A stretch of 64,000 nucleotides of DNA from Myxococcales bacterium (lineage in GTDB: Bacteria > Myxococcota_A > Polyangia > Polyangiales > DASUME01), in contig JASGJH010000001.1 in assembly GCA_047601445.1 (NCBI GenBank), positions 2,560,001 to 2,624,000 of the forward strand. Reading direction: 5' to 3'. Below the pieces are notes generated by a model. The model made no database searches. It saw only the letters and a program-made list of their open reading frames with translations, and was not told where the DNA came from. This document shows, one piece after another, positions 1-10,274 of the stretch (the stretch's first letter is position 1; each line of letters opens with the position of its first letter). Position numbers and translations under genes: made by a program.

Positions 1-1120
1 GGCTGCCCAGACTGGCGACCACGTCCGCCTCGGGCGTGACGTTGAGGCGCGCCATGCAGCTGCGCAGTGTCTGGGCACGTTCCTCGATGCGATCCGCGAA
101 CAGCGCGCGCATCCCGCTGCTCAGCGCTGTCCGTGGGTCCTCACGTCGCTCGGTCACCAACCAGCGATCGAGCGCTTCCTTGAAGGCGAGCGCGCTCTCG
201 AAACGGCGTTCCGGGTTTCGCTGCAACGCCCGCTCCAGGATGCGCGCCAGGGGTTCGGGCACGTGCGGAGCCGCTTCGCTCGCCGAAGGGATCTCGTCCG
301 TGAGGCTCGCGCGCAGCACCGACAGGTCCGTTTCTCCGTGAAAGAGACGCCGCCCCACCAGACACTCCCAGAGCGTCACGCCCATGCCCCAGACGTCGGT
401 GCGCTGGTCGGCGGCCTCGTTGCGCGCCTGCTCGGGCGCCATGTACGCGCTCTTGCCATGCACGGCGTGCTCGTCCGCTTCGGCTTCGGCTGCGTTTGCC
501 TTGGCGATGCCGAAGTCCAGCAGCTTGACCTCGCCACCATAGGTCACGAACAAGTTGTGAGGCGAGATGTCGCGATGGACGATGCCGAGCGGCGCGCCCG
601 CGTAGTCGGTGGCGTGGTGCGCATAGTGCAGTCCATCCAGCGCTTGCGAGATGATCTGCACCGCCAGACTCGCAGGCAGACGCCGACTCTTGCTGCGCAG
701 GCGGTAGAGCACGCGGCTCAGCGGCTGACCATCGAGGTACTCCATGGTCAAAAACGGCTGGTCGCGGAACACGCCCACGCGGTTGGTCTGCACGATGTTC
801 GGGTGGTGCAGGCTGGCGGCCAAATTGGCCTCCAGAGAAAAGCGCTCCAAGCGCCGCGGATCACTGCACAAATGGGCGTGCAAACGCTTGATCACGAGGA
901 GCTTGCGGAAGCCGTGCGGTCCCTGCGAGAGCGCCAGAAAGATCTGGGCCATGCCGCCCTCGCCGATCTTGGCGATCAGCACGTACTCGTCGAACTGCTC
1001 GGAGGCCACCGGCGTGATCACGCGCGTGCGACGCGTCTCGGGCGTGTCGGCGCGGACCGGACGATCCGAGGGGAACGCAGGCTCGGGACGCTGGCTGACG
1101 TGACTCGGCTGCGTGCTCAT
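1..1120 (-). CDS. Ser/Thr protein kinase (Hanks type), 3' end runs off the window
   Basis: Manual translation from ATG at 1120: KIGEGGMAQIF, LVIKRL, HPNIV, IVHRDISPHN, KLLDFGIAK, YMAPEQ. Absent from the ORF track because no stop codon lies in the window. Confidence 0.92.
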   Translation of the reverse strand, partial: MSTQPSHVSQRPEPAFPSDRPVRADTPETRRTRVITPVASEQFDEYVLIAKIGEGGMAQIFLALSQGPHGFRKLLVIKRLHAHLCSDPRRLERFSLEANLAASLHHPNIVQTNRVGVFRDQPFLTMEYLDGQPLSRVLYRLRSKSRRLPASLAVQIISQALDGLHYAHHATDYAGAPLGIVHRDISPHNLFVTYGGEVKLLDFGIAKANAAEAEADEHAVHGKSAYMAPEQARNEAADQRTDVWGMGVTLWECLVGRRLFHGETDLSVLRASLTDEIPSASEAAPHVPEPLARILERALQRNPERRFESALAFKEALDRWLVTERREDPRTALSSGMRALFADRIEERAQTLRSCMARLNVTPEADVVASLGS

Positions 1121-1191
1121 GTGGGGGTCCTCGGCACGATGTGGCGGAGTATGAGTCCAGATTTCGGAGCCCCGCAATGCGGGTCCAGGAT

Positions 1192-1213
1192 CAGTTACAC
1201 AAACTTCACACAA
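1192..1213 (+). promoter_or_regulatory. Pho-box-like 11-bp-phased direct repeat
   Basis: CAGTTAC-ACAA-ACTTCAC-ACAA in the divergent kinase/START intergenic region; a similar string occurs at 8320-8341. Confidence 0.35.
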
Positions 1214-1439
1214 CCGCCTCGCTGTCACCGAATCCTCGCGGAACGCCGGCGCGCCGTATGCCTCCGCTTGTCACCCCTCCTCTGTGATTGCACCCTAGAT
1301 CACGGTCACGATCCAGCGCCTCGCGCGACGCCTGCGCTCGTCACGGCCGCCCCAGCGCAGCACTTCGCGACCTTTCGTTGCAGGTCTGCTCCATGCCTGA
1401 TCCCGCTTTGCGACGTCGCCTTCACGCGCAGCGTCGACG

Positions 1440-2225
1440 ATGCAACCCATGCACGCCTGTGGATGGTCTCGCCCGAAAACGCTGATCTTCGTCGCACTCC
1501 TGAGCTGGGGAGTCTGGGCTTTGTGCTCCGATGCGCTCGCCGAAGAGCCCGACGGGTCCTGGCTCGCCATTCGCGACGACGAGGGCATCACGACCTGGAA
1601 GCGCGAACGGGCCGGCGACGCCCTGCCCGGCTTCCGTGGAGCCACCGTGATGCCCGCGAACGTGTGGGACCTGCTGTCGGTGCTCGACGATGTCGACCGG
1701 GCCGCCGAGTGGACCGCGAACTGCATCGAGATGCGTCGCCTGGCCGGCTCCTCCGATCAACGTCTCTTCGTCTACGCCCGTATGGACGCTCCCTGGCCCG
1801 TCCGCGACCGCGACGTGATCACGCAGGTCACGCCGCGCTTCCTGAGCGCGCGCGCGGTGTTCGTGGACATCCGGGCAGTGCCCTATCCGGCGTTGCCGCC
1901 CAAGCAAGGCATGGTGCGCATCCCGAGTATGGTGGCGAGCTATCGCTTCGACGTGCTGTCGGAGGCGCGCACGCGGGTGGAGTATCGCATCGAGCTCGAC
2001 GCCGGCGGAACCTTGCCGGACTGGCTCAAAGCGATGGTGGCCAAGGACCTCGCGCACAACACCCTGGCCCGCCTGCGCGACCGCGTGCGGTGGGCCTCCG
2101 AGCGGAAGCTCTACGCGACCCGCGCCAGGGAGCTAGAGCAGGCGGCGCGACAACTCGGTTTTGGAGCGGCCGTGGAGACCCAGATCGTTCAGAACGGCCC
2201 AGACCTGACGAGCAGCCAGGACTGA
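1440..2225 (+). CDS. Secreted START-domain (lipid-binding) protein
   Basis: Signal peptide followed by W..IRDDEGITTW, FRG, R..EW..NC, PWPVRDRD, DAGG.LP.W motifs typical of bacterial START domains. Confidence 0.85.
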   Translation: MQPMHACGWSRPKTLIFVALLSWGVWALCSDALAEEPDGSWLAIRDDEGITTWKRERAGDALPGFRGATVMPANVWDLLSVLDDVDRAAEWTANCIEMRRLAGSSDQRLFVYARMDAPWPVRDRDVITQVTPRFLSARAVFVDIRAVPYPALPPKQGMVRIPSMVASYRFDVLSEARTRVEYRIELDAGGTLPDWLKAMVAKDLAHNTLARLRDRVRWASERKLYATRARELEQAARQLGFGAAVETQIVQNGPDLTSSQD

Positions 2226-2283
2226 GCCCGGTATCGAACTCAAGCGTCGTCACTATCGACGCCGCTGGCGCCGACGCTGACGC

Positions 2284-4305
2284 TCACATCGCGTCGTCGA
2301 AGGCGGCGCAGCTGATGGACTGCCAACCTTCGGGCAGGCTGGTGTGCGCGGCCACGCCCGGCGTCGCAGACACTGCGCAGCCAGCGGCGCAGTCGTCGAG
2401 ACTGAAGTTCGGCTTGCTGGTCTGATAGTGGCAGTCGCCCTCGGAGAACGTGCCCGTGGCGTAGCAATCCGAGCACTTCTGGCAGAAGTCGAGGCAGTAC
2501 TGGGTGCCCCAGCCTTGCTGACTCCCCGCATCCGCCACCGCGCCATCTCCGCCTGCGCCCGCGTCGCCGACAGGCTCGCCGCCGCACTGGCTGGCGTCCA
2601 CGCTCGGAGCCACGTCGAGGATCCACTGCAAGGGCACGAGCTTGAAGTTCTGCCCGCCCACGTCGTTGGTGTCGTCCTGTGTCACGAACAAGCCATGCGG
2701 ATAGGCCGGGCCGAGGTTGGCCGAAGTGGCCTCGATGCCGTCCGAACCGGTCACGCCGTCGATGCAGCTCTCGCCGGTCTCGATGCGGAAGGTCTTGATG
2801 AAGGCGTGCGGTGGCTCGCGGTCGAACACCGCGTAGGTGCTGTCGCCCTGATTGGACGAAAGGATGTAGCCGCTCGTCGCGCCGGTGGCCACGACTGCCA
2901 CGCCTTCGACGTCCGCCACCAAGTGGTCACCGACCGCCTGGATTAGCTCGCCCGCCCAGCCGCTGCCCGACGTCACGCCCGGCTCGGCATCGAACTTCCA
3001 AATGCCCACGTCTTCCTCTCCGACGTAAAGCTTCCCCGTGGCGTCATCCGCCACGCAAGCCTCGGGCTGGGAGCTGAGCTGCTTGAGCTCGCGTACCTTG
3101 GTGGCCGTGACCTTGCCGGGCGCGCTGCTGCTCTCCGCGAGTTCCCACTGCTCGATCTTGCCGGCCTTGGAGTCCACGAAGTAGTAGAACTTCCCGCTGA
3201 CTGCGCTGTGATACATGCAGCTGCCGTAGGTCGCGAGGGTTTGGATGGGGCCTTCGGCCACGTCCGTGAGCCGACGCGTGCTGGCGTCGAGGCTGTAGAT
3301 GGCGATGGTGTTGTTGGTGCGGTTACCGGCGGTCACCAGCGTGGTGCTCGCGCCAGCGAGCGAGAAGCCCGTGCGCAGGTCCACGTTGTTGAGCTCGCCA
3401 GCCGTGACCGTCTGGATCAACGAACCGTCGAGCCCGTACACACCGAGGCCGCCGCCCGCGCTCTTGTCGGTGCCGATCACCACGCTGAGGCTGGGATCAC
3501 TGGGATGCACCCAAATGGCCGGGTCATCCGCCGCATCTCCCGCGTGGGCCACCGGCACCGTCTCGGCGGTCGCGTAGACCTGCGTGACAGGCTGCACGCA
3601 GGTTACTTCGAAGGCCACGCTCTCACCGCAGTCGCTGTCGCTCACCGCGAGCTCGACCTGGAAGATGCCGGCCTCGGTGCACGTGAGGTCGGTCTTCGCC
3701 GCGCTGGCGTTGCCGAGCACACCCTTCGGGCTGCGCCAGGCGTAGCTGACGGGCGCGGGCGCTGCGTCGGAGTCCTGCGCGGAAGCCGTGAGCGCGATCT
3801 TCTGGCCGACGTTGGCCGTGGACGGCGCCACGGAGAGCTCCTCGATCTGCGGGCATACGTTGAGCGAGCCGTTGACCAGCACGCCGCCATTCTTGGGCGC
3901 GAGGTGACAACGCAGGACCACGCTCACCGGAGTGACCTGGCCCGCGACGATGTCGAAGCTGGCCGAGCCCTCGCACTTGCTGTCCGGGAGGAGGTCGTCG
4001 ATCGCGCGCAGCACGATCGTGAAGCCGACACCCTTGGGGATGCCGCCGATCAGAGCCGTGGCCGTCGCGCCGTTCGCCGCGAACGAGTCCGCCTTGTGGA
4101 AGCCATTGCCGCTGATGTCGTAGGAAATTCTGCTGATGCTGAGGTTCGAGCCCACCTGCAGCGAGAGCGCGACACTGCCCTCGTCCTGGCGAGACGGAGC
4201 CGTCATCGCGTCGCCGTCGGCACAGCCGCCAGCCTCCACCGCTGCCCCGAGCCCCAGGACCAAAAGCACCGCTGCACTACGCCCATATTGCGATCGAACT
4301 TTCAT
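2284..4305 (-). CDS. Beta-propeller 3-phytase lipoprotein with N-terminal Ig/PKD-like modules and a small Cys-rich C-terminal tail
   Basis: ETVPV..GDAADDPAIWVHP..P..S.VIGTDK, NNVDLR, EACVADD, LY.GEED.GIWK, LVADVEG, SNQGDSTY, DGIE, GLFVTQD, QNFK. Lipobox AGGC. GAGGTG RBS upstream of ATG 4305. Confidence 0.92.
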   Translation of the reverse strand: MKVRSQYGRSAAVLLVLGLGAAVEAGGCADGDAMTAPSRQDEGSVALSLQVGSNLSISRISYDISGNGFHKADSFAANGATATALIGGIPKGVGFTIVLRAIDDLLPDSKCEGSASFDIVAGQVTPVSVVLRCHLAPKNGGVLVNGSLNVCPQIEELSVAPSTANVGQKIALTASAQDSDAAPAPVSYAWRSPKGVLGNASAAKTDLTCTEAGIFQVELAVSDSDCGESVAFEVTCVQPVTQVYATAETVPVAHAGDAADDPAIWVHPSDPSLSVVIGTDKSAGGGLGVYGLDGSLIQTVTAGELNNVDLRTGFSLAGASTTLVTAGNRTNNTIAIYSLDASTRRLTDVAEGPIQTLATYGSCMYHSAVSGKFYYFVDSKAGKIEQWELAESSSAPGKVTATKVRELKQLSSQPEACVADDATGKLYVGEEDVGIWKFDAEPGVTSGSGWAGELIQAVGDHLVADVEGVAVVATGATSGYILSSNQGDSTYAVFDREPPHAFIKTFRIETGESCIDGVTGSDGIEATSANLGPAYPHGLFVTQDDTNDVGGQNFKLVPLQWILDVAPSVDASQCGGEPVGDAGAGGDGAVADAGSQQGWGTQYCLDFCQKCSDCYATGTFSEGDCHYQTSKPNFSLDDCAAGCAVSATPGVAAHTSLPEGWQSISCAAFDDAM

Positions 4306-4388
4306 CGCCATCACCTCGAGCAAAACCGTCCATTCGTCCCGGCGCGCGCACCCGCATGCTGGGACATGGGGGTACCTATGTGAGTCGA

Positions 4389-4439
4389 GGTACAAGTTTT
4401 CGAAGCGGGCGTGAAATGATGGCGACGTTTGAGCGACGG
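4389..4439 (-). promoter_or_regulatory. Degenerate Pho-box-like array upstream of phytase
   Basis: Minus strand CCGTCGC-N4-ACGTCGC-N4-ATTTCAC-N4-GCTTCGA-N4-TTGTACC, 11-bp period. Confidence 0.3.
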
Positions 4440-4488
4440 CCTGACGCACTCGCTAGTGAGACTTTGGCACCCTCGATAAGATGGGGAG

Positions 4489-6198
4489 ATGGCGAGAACG
4501 GAGCTCTTCGCGGCGCTGCGCGCGCACTACCGCAGGGCTCGTCATGCTCCTACCGAGAACGCGGGCGCCCCGGGCTCGTTGTCGCGACGAAGCTTCGTGG
4601 GGGGCGCCCTGGCCGGGCTTGCAGCGTGGCAGAGCGGGCTCGCCTCCGGCTGCACGGGCCGCGACACGACGCGCACGCGCCACGCGGCAGGCGCCTCCGA
4701 GCGCATGGTGATCGTGGGCGCGGGGTTGGCTGGACTACACTGCGCCTATCGGCTCCGTCAGGCTGGCGTGGAGGCCACGGTCTTCGAGGCCTCGCAGCGG
4801 GTCGGCGGTCGGACCTTCACCACGGCGCCCGGCACCTTTCCCGATGGCCAACTCGGCGAGCTCGGCGGAGAGCTCATCGACTCGTCGCACCTCACGATGC
4901 ATGCGCTCGCCCAGGAGCTGGACATCCCGCTTCACGATCTGCACGGCAAGAGCGTTGGAGGAGACGTGTACTGGGTGGCTGGACGACGTGTCACGAGCGC
5001 GTTGATCGCCGGACAGTTCGCCGAAGCTGCGCCCGGGATCGCCGAGGCAGCGAGTGAGGCCAGCAGCAATCCCAGCGTGATGGCCCGCTACGACGCCACG
5101 CCGCTCTCACAGTGGTTGAACGAGCACCTGAGGGGCCAACCGGAGCTGTCGACCGTGCTTGCCACGGCCTATCGCGGTGAGTTCGGGCTCGAGCCCCACC
5201 AGCAGTCTTCGCTCAACCTGCTCTGGCTGCTCGGCAACTCGGAGCTAGGTTCGCCGGCCCTGTTCGGAGACTCGGATGAACGCTTCCGCTCGCAGCTGGG
5301 CAGTCAGGCATTCGCCGACCGCCTGGCAGCGAAGCTCTCGCCGCAGATCATCCGCGACCGCCGTCTGATTCGCGCCCAGGGAGATGCGCAGACCGGTTAC
5401 CATCTGACATTCCAGGATCGCGCCGGCTCCAGGTACGAAGTGCAAGCCGAGCTGGTCGTCTTTGCTCTGCCTTTCTCGGTGCTGCGCACGGTGGACCTGC
5501 GCGAGCTCCCGCTCTCCCCGCTCAAGCGCTCCATCATTGAAGGGCTCGGTTACGGCACGCACACCAAGGTGCTCTCGTCCTTCGAGCGCCCGGTGTGGCG
5601 CATCGATCACGGCGCGAGCGGCGGCATGATCACCGATGAGGCGGTGCAACAGCTCTGGGACACCTCCTTGGGTCAAGGCGGTAGCGCTGGCTTGCTCACC
5701 AACTTCCTGGGCGGCGAGCCTGGCCTGCGCAGCGGGAGCATGAGCGCCGAGGAATGGGTACAGCACGCGACGCTGCCGCTGGGCGAGCGCCTGTGGCCTG
5801 GGTTGAGCGACGCCTATCGCGTGCGTAGCAGTCTGCGTATGCACTGGACCGGACACCAGTTCACACGCGGTGGCTACGCGTGCTACCGGCCGGGGCAGTG
5901 GGCCTGGTCTGGCAGCGTGGGCTTGCCCGAGGCGCAAGGCACGCTGCATTTCTGCGGCGAACACACCTCGGTGGATCATCAGGGCTTCATGGAAGGTGCC
6001 GCCGAGAGCGGCGCCCTCGTGGCCGCGGCGGTCCTGGAGCGCAGCTCGTTCACAGCCACGGAACGTCACGCTGCGTTGATTCACCTGAAGCGCGCGGTCA
6101 GCCAGCCCCAGCTCGGAGAGCTCGTGCGCCCACACGAGTGGCCGCGACGCGCGTGCAAGTACGAACAAAGTCTGCAGACACTCTTACAAAGCGCCTAG
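4489..6198 (+). CDS. Tat-exported flavin monoamine oxidase family protein
   Basis: SRRSFVGG twin-arginine signal with possible lipobox LASGC; IVGAGLAGL, FEASQRVGGR, ELGGELIDS.H, HFCGEHTS...QGFMEGA.ESG. Confidence 0.9.
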   Translation: MARTELFAALRAHYRRARHAPTENAGAPGSLSRRSFVGGALAGLAAWQSGLASGCTGRDTTRTRHAAGASERMVIVGAGLAGLHCAYRLRQAGVEATVFEASQRVGGRTFTTAPGTFPDGQLGELGGELIDSSHLTMHALAQELDIPLHDLHGKSVGGDVYWVAGRRVTSALIAGQFAEAAPGIAEAASEASSNPSVMARYDATPLSQWLNEHLRGQPELSTVLATAYRGEFGLEPHQQSSLNLLWLLGNSELGSPALFGDSDERFRSQLGSQAFADRLAAKLSPQIIRDRRLIRAQGDAQTGYHLTFQDRAGSRYEVQAELVVFALPFSVLRTVDLRELPLSPLKRSIIEGLGYGTHTKVLSSFERPVWRIDHGASGGMITDEAVQQLWDTSLGQGGSAGLLTNFLGGEPGLRSGSMSAEEWVQHATLPLGERLWPGLSDAYRVRSSLRMHWTGHQFTRGGYACYRPGQWAWSGSVGLPEAQGTLHFCGEHTSVDHQGFMEGAAESGALVAAAVLERSSFTATERHAALIHLKRAVSQPQLGELVRPHEWPRRACKYEQSLQTLLQSA

Positions 6199-6507
6199 CG
6201 CATCGACGAACAAACCCTGAAGCAGCGCGCGCGCCGTTCCTCGCTGGGAACACGCACCACGCGATGCACCGCATCCGCACGTTGGAGTGTTTGTGTCCCA
6301 CGCGTCGTGGACGAATCAAACGCGCGTGGAATATCGTGGCAACAACGAACAACGAAGTTCTCCGAACGCCTTGAGTCGCCCGTCGAGCGTGTCCTATAAG
6401 GCTAGCGTTCGTCGTTCAATCGCGCGCCACAGCCGGTGCGCACAACCGAGACAAAGTCTCGCTTCGCGCGCGCTCAGCGAGCGCACGCCGATGAATGGGG
6501 GCAAGCA

Positions 6508-6927
6508 ATGGCAATGGAGACCACGATGGGCAACGGAGCGGTGATGGACACGGGTCGCAGCGCGCGTCAGCCAGACGCACGTGACGGCATCCTCGGAAGT
6601 TTCTTCTCGCTCTCGCTCGGCATGGTGGAGAGCAGCGTGCGCACGACGGCCAACCTCGGCCGCACCGTGACCACGGAGAGCCAGAAGGTCGGCGAGGCCA
6701 TGATCACGCTGAACGAACAGAGCAGCCAGGCGCTGATCCGCACCGCTCGCAAGCTGAACGAGTCGGCCTTCGGACTGCTTACGGATGTGGTCAATCGCCT
6801 CGAGGGCGCGGCGCTGGTGGTGATCTCGCAGGGTCAGCAGACGTCGGACCGCGTCGCCGAACTGGCGGCGCAGGCCAGCCAGGCGGCCGTTGGATCGCGC
6901 GGCTTGAACGGCTCGGCGCGCGTCTGA
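6508..6927 (+). CDS. Hypothetical helical protein (possibly phasin-like)
   Basis: Coding-like GC3 bias; Ala/Ser/Thr-rich amphipathic sequence; no enzyme motif. Confidence 0.6.
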   Translation: MAMETTMGNGAVMDTGRSARQPDARDGILGSFFSLSLGMVESSVRTTANLGRTVTTESQKVGEAMITLNEQSSQALIRTARKLNESAFGLLTDVVNRLEGAALVVISQGQQTSDRVAELAAQASQAAVGSRGLNGSARV

Positions 6928-7056
6928 GAACCTGAGCCAGAGCAGCGCGTGCAGACGTAGAGCCTGAGCGCAAAGCTGGCGAGGGCGGCGCGCGTTTGAG
7001 TGCGCCGCTCGAATCTTAACTCGGGCGAGCGTCTCCCGCGTTCAAGCGCGTCGCAG

Positions 7057-8268
7057 CTAGCGGCCCCGTCGCGCCTGTCCGAAAGCCGAGAAGAGGCCCG
7101 AAAGCCCCAGCGCAGCCGCCGAGAAAATGCCGGCAGGCTTGCTGATCGGTGCCGACCGCGGGTTCGCTTCCATCGTCGGCACGGCGGGCGCGGGAGCCGA
7201 TGGCCGCTTCGAGGGCAGTGGCGGTGGTACCGACACTGGACGCCGCTCGACAGCGGGCTTCTCTTTGCGTGGGCCCGCCGCGAGCGCACGATCCACGCGG
7301 GCAAGGGAGCTTTCGATCTCACTCGCGCGCGCTGCCATGTCGGTAGCGAACACGGGCTGCATCACGCGCTCGAGCGCCTTCTGAGGATCGCTGACGCGCT
7401 GACTCGCGAGCCAGCCCTCGAGCGCTTGGCGGAACTCGAGCGCGTTCGGATAGCGACGCTCTGGATTGCGCTGGAGAGCTCGATCGATGATCTCCGAGAG
7501 GGCCTCGGGAACGTGCGCGGCCAGCTCGTTGACCGGTGGGATCTCGTCGGTGAGCGTCGCCCGCAGCACGGCGAGCTCGGAGTCCCCACGAAACAGCGGC
7601 CTGCCGACGAGGCATTCCCAGAGCGCCACGCCCACGCCCCAGACATCGGCGCGCGCGTCGACTTCCTCGTGGCGGGCCTGCTCGGGCGCGACGTAGGCGC
7701 TGTGTCCGCGCACGGAACGTCCTTCGGGTCCGTGACGTTGGGTTCGGGTGCGCGCCACGCCGAAGTCGAGCAGCTTGGGCTGCCCGTCGTAGGTCAACAG
7801 CAGGTTGTGCGGAGAGACGTCGCAGTGCACGGTGCCGAGAGGTTGCCCGTTGTAGTCCACGCCTTCGTGCACGTGCTGAAGCGCCCCAAGAGCAGCCGCT
7901 CCGATCTGCGCGGACAGCGTCGCGGAGAGACGCTGCGACTTTCCCGTGAGCGCTCGCACGAGCCTGGCCAGTGGCTGTCCGTTCAAGTACTCCATGGCGA
8001 GGAACGGCTGCCCCCGATGGATGCCAACCTTGTGCGTCTCGACGATGTTCGGGTGCCGCAGGCTCGCGGACAGGTGCGCTTCCTGGCAGAACAACTCGAA
8101 CTCGCGCGGGTCGCGGGCCAGGTGCGCGCGCAGTCGCTTGATCACGACTAGCTTGCGCGCCCCGGCGGCGCCTTGATGAAGCCCCAGGAGGACGTGCGCG
8201 GTGGTGCCTTCGCTGAGCTTCGCGAACACGAGATACTCGTCGAAGCGCTCGATCTCCACCGGCGTCAT
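7057..8268 (-). CDS. Ser/Thr kinase, non-RD (HCD) paralog of the kinase at 1-1120
   Basis: FDEYLVFAKLSEGTTAHV, LVVIKRL, HPNIVE, VHCDVSPHN, KLLDFGVAR, YVAPEQ, DVWGVG. Confidence 0.88.
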   Translation of the reverse strand: MTPVEIERFDEYLVFAKLSEGTTAHVLLGLHQGAAGARKLVVIKRLRAHLARDPREFELFCQEAHLSASLRHPNIVETHKVGIHRGQPFLAMEYLNGQPLARLVRALTGKSQRLSATLSAQIGAAALGALQHVHEGVDYNGQPLGTVHCDVSPHNLLLTYDGQPKLLDFGVARTRTQRHGPEGRSVRGHSAYVAPEQARHEEVDARADVWGVGVALWECLVGRPLFRGDSELAVLRATLTDEIPPVNELAAHVPEALSEIIDRALQRNPERRYPNALEFRQALEGWLASQRVSDPQKALERVMQPVFATDMAARASEIESSLARVDRALAAGPRKEKPAVERRPVSVPPPLPSKRPSAPAPAVPTMEANPRSAPISKPAGIFSAAALGLSGLFSAFGQARRGR

Positions 8269-8408
8269 GGCGCGCAGTATGGGTTCGCAGTTTGGAACAG
8301 CGCAATGCGACTGATGCATGAGTTGCGCAAACTTCACAGAACTCACCCAAAGTTCCCTGCGTACCCATCAAACAGTCACAGAACGGTGCCAAACGATGGG
8401 CAATCGAC

Positions 8409-10274
8409 ATGTTGACCCAACACATCGCTTTGGTGCCCGAGGCAGAGCCGCGTTCGGCTGCGCGAGCTGCGCCGGCCGAGACCGCTTTCCTCGCGGAATT
8501 ACTCAGGGTCAGCGCGGCGCTGCAGCGTCAGGTCAGCCACGACTTGGGACCGCTGTGGGGTGTCCAGGCCACAGTGAACGTTTTTGCCGCGCTCGAAGAG
8601 GTGCCGGTCGGATACTGGCCCATCATCGTGCGCGCGGGCGAGCTTGGCACGGACGCAGGGGTGTACCTCGATGAGCATGGTCAGCCCTATGCGCGCATCG
8701 AGCAAGGGCCGCTGTGGTCCCTCGCGGCTAGCCGCGCATGCCTCGAAATGTTGGTGAACCCATTCGGGGATCGCACGGTGAGCGCAGCGTCGCCGCGCGC
8801 CGGTCAGGGCACCGTCCAGATCCTGGTCGAGGTCTGCGCGGCCTGCGCTGCGCCCGAATTCGCCTACGCCATCAATGGCGTGCTTGTGTCCGACTTCGTG
8901 CTGCCCGCTTTTTTTAGCGGCAGCTCGCTCGGAGCCAACGAGCGCCTCAGCTTTCGTCACCACGTGTCGCGTGCTCTGGAGCCGCAGGCCGGCGGCCATA
9001 TCACGTGGTTCGAGCCCATGAGCAACCTGTGGTGGTTGCGTCGCCAGGCGGAGGGAGCCCCCACCGACATCACGCTGGGCCCGGTGGACCGTCGACTGAC
9101 CTCGGCGCGAGCTCAGGTGCAGTTTCATCTCGCCTCGCTGCTCGAACCCGCACTGCCTGCGCGCCTGGAGCGAGAAGCAGAGTCAGCCCTCGAGCGCGCA
9201 CAGGGCGCCGCGCGGGCCCGCGCCCAGCGCCTGCGGGCGCTACTGAACGTCGGCAGTCAGTTCGTGTCGAGCGAACCTGCGGAGCACGCGGATGCGCAGG
9301 CGGAGGCGGTCACGACGACGCGGCCGGCACCTGCGCCGCGCGAGGACAAAGTCGTCGCCGCGGTGGCGGCTGCGGAGCCCGAGGAAGTCTCCGAGCACGA
9401 CGTGAGCGACGCCGACGAAGAGGCGTTCGAGTTTGCCCAGGAGGGCGCGGAGCACGTCGAAGACGTCGAGCCCGCGGAGCAAGCCGCCCACGAGGCAACT
9501 GAGGAGGACGTATCCGAGCAGGACGTATCCGAGCAGGAGCTTGCCGCTGCCGTCGACACGGTCTCCTACGATCCGGAATCGGACCTGCTGACGGACACGA
9601 TGCCGCCGCCCGCCGAGCCCGTGGTGAAGCCGGTGCCCCCGCTGCCGTCGGTGCCGCCGCCTCCCCGCGTGAAGCCGGCCGTCGCGCAGCTGTCGGCGCT
9701 CGCCGAGCGCAAGGATTCTCCCCGTGGCGGGGCGTTCGGGGCGGGGATCGTCCTGGCCGCCGCGGCGGCCATCGCCTGGTTCGTGACATCGAGCCCGAAG
9801 GAAGCGGAGCCAGCCAAGTCGGCCGATGCCCCGGCTGCTGCGGCAGCCCCTCAAGCACTACCCGCTGCGACGCCGCCGGCAGCGCCGGCCCCGCAAGCCC
9901 CCCTTCCGAGCTCCTCGGGTAACGCAGCCCGACCCGACCCTGCAGGACAGCCGGGCAACGCTGCGCAGGCCGCACAGCCAGCAGCAACGGCGGCCGCCGC
10001 GCACCCCGCAACGCCTGCGCCCAGCCCTGCTCCCCAAGTCGCCAAGCTCGAGAGCCCCCCTGAACGCCGCCATACCCATCGCGCGCGCGCCGCAGCGGAG
10101 ACCGTCGGACAGCCCCCACCAGCGGTGGCGAATGCCCCGTCCGCTCCATCGGCATCCCCGGCAGCATCCAAACCAACCGATACGCAGGACGCTCCGGGCG
10201 CCCTGAATCCCAAGCCAGCGAGCCCGGCCCACGCAGCGGCAGGTCTCGACGATCTCATCGAGTCGCGGCAATGA
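8409..10274 (+). CDS. Membrane protein: globular N-domain, acidic linker, one TM segment, Pro/Ala-rich tail
   Basis: Long ORF with coding bias; hydrophobic GAGIVLAAAAAIAWFV; stop overlaps the next ATG (ATGA). Confidence 0.75.
   Translation: MLTQHIALVPEAEPRSAARAAPAETAFLAELLRVSAALQRQVSHDLGPLWGVQATVNVFAALEEVPVGYWPIIVRAGELGTDAGVYLDEHGQPYARIEQGPLWSLAASRACLEMLVNPFGDRTVSAASPRAGQGTVQILVEVCAACAAPEFAYAINGVLVSDFVLPAFFSGSSLGANERLSFRHHVSRALEPQAGGHITWFEPMSNLWWLRRQAEGAPTDITLGPVDRRLTSARAQVQFHLASLLEPALPARLEREAESALERAQGAARARAQRLRALLNVGSQFVSSEPAEHADAQAEAVTTTRPAPAPREDKVVAAVAAAEPEEVSEHDVSDADEEAFEFAQEGAEHVEDVEPAEQAAHEATEEDVSEQDVSEQELAAAVDTVSYDPESDLLTDTMPPPAEPVVKPVPPLPSVPPPPRVKPAVAQLSALAERKDSPRGGAFGAGIVLAAAAAIAWFVTSSPKEAEPAKSADAPAAAAAPQALPAATPPAAPAPQAPLPSSSGNAARPDPAGQPGNAAQAAQPAATAAAAHPATPAPSPAPQVAKLESPPERRHTHRARAAAETVGQPPPAVANAPSAPSASPAASKPTDTQDAPGALNPKPASPAHAAAGLDDLIESRQ

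Noticed and set aside
263..2425. 720-aa plus-strand ORF
   Set aside because: Antisense/off-frame shadow of the kinase and START genes; typical high-GC artefact.
9506..9535. 15-bp tandem duplication (DVSEQ x2)
   Set aside because: Ordinary in-frame slippage in a low-complexity acidic linker.
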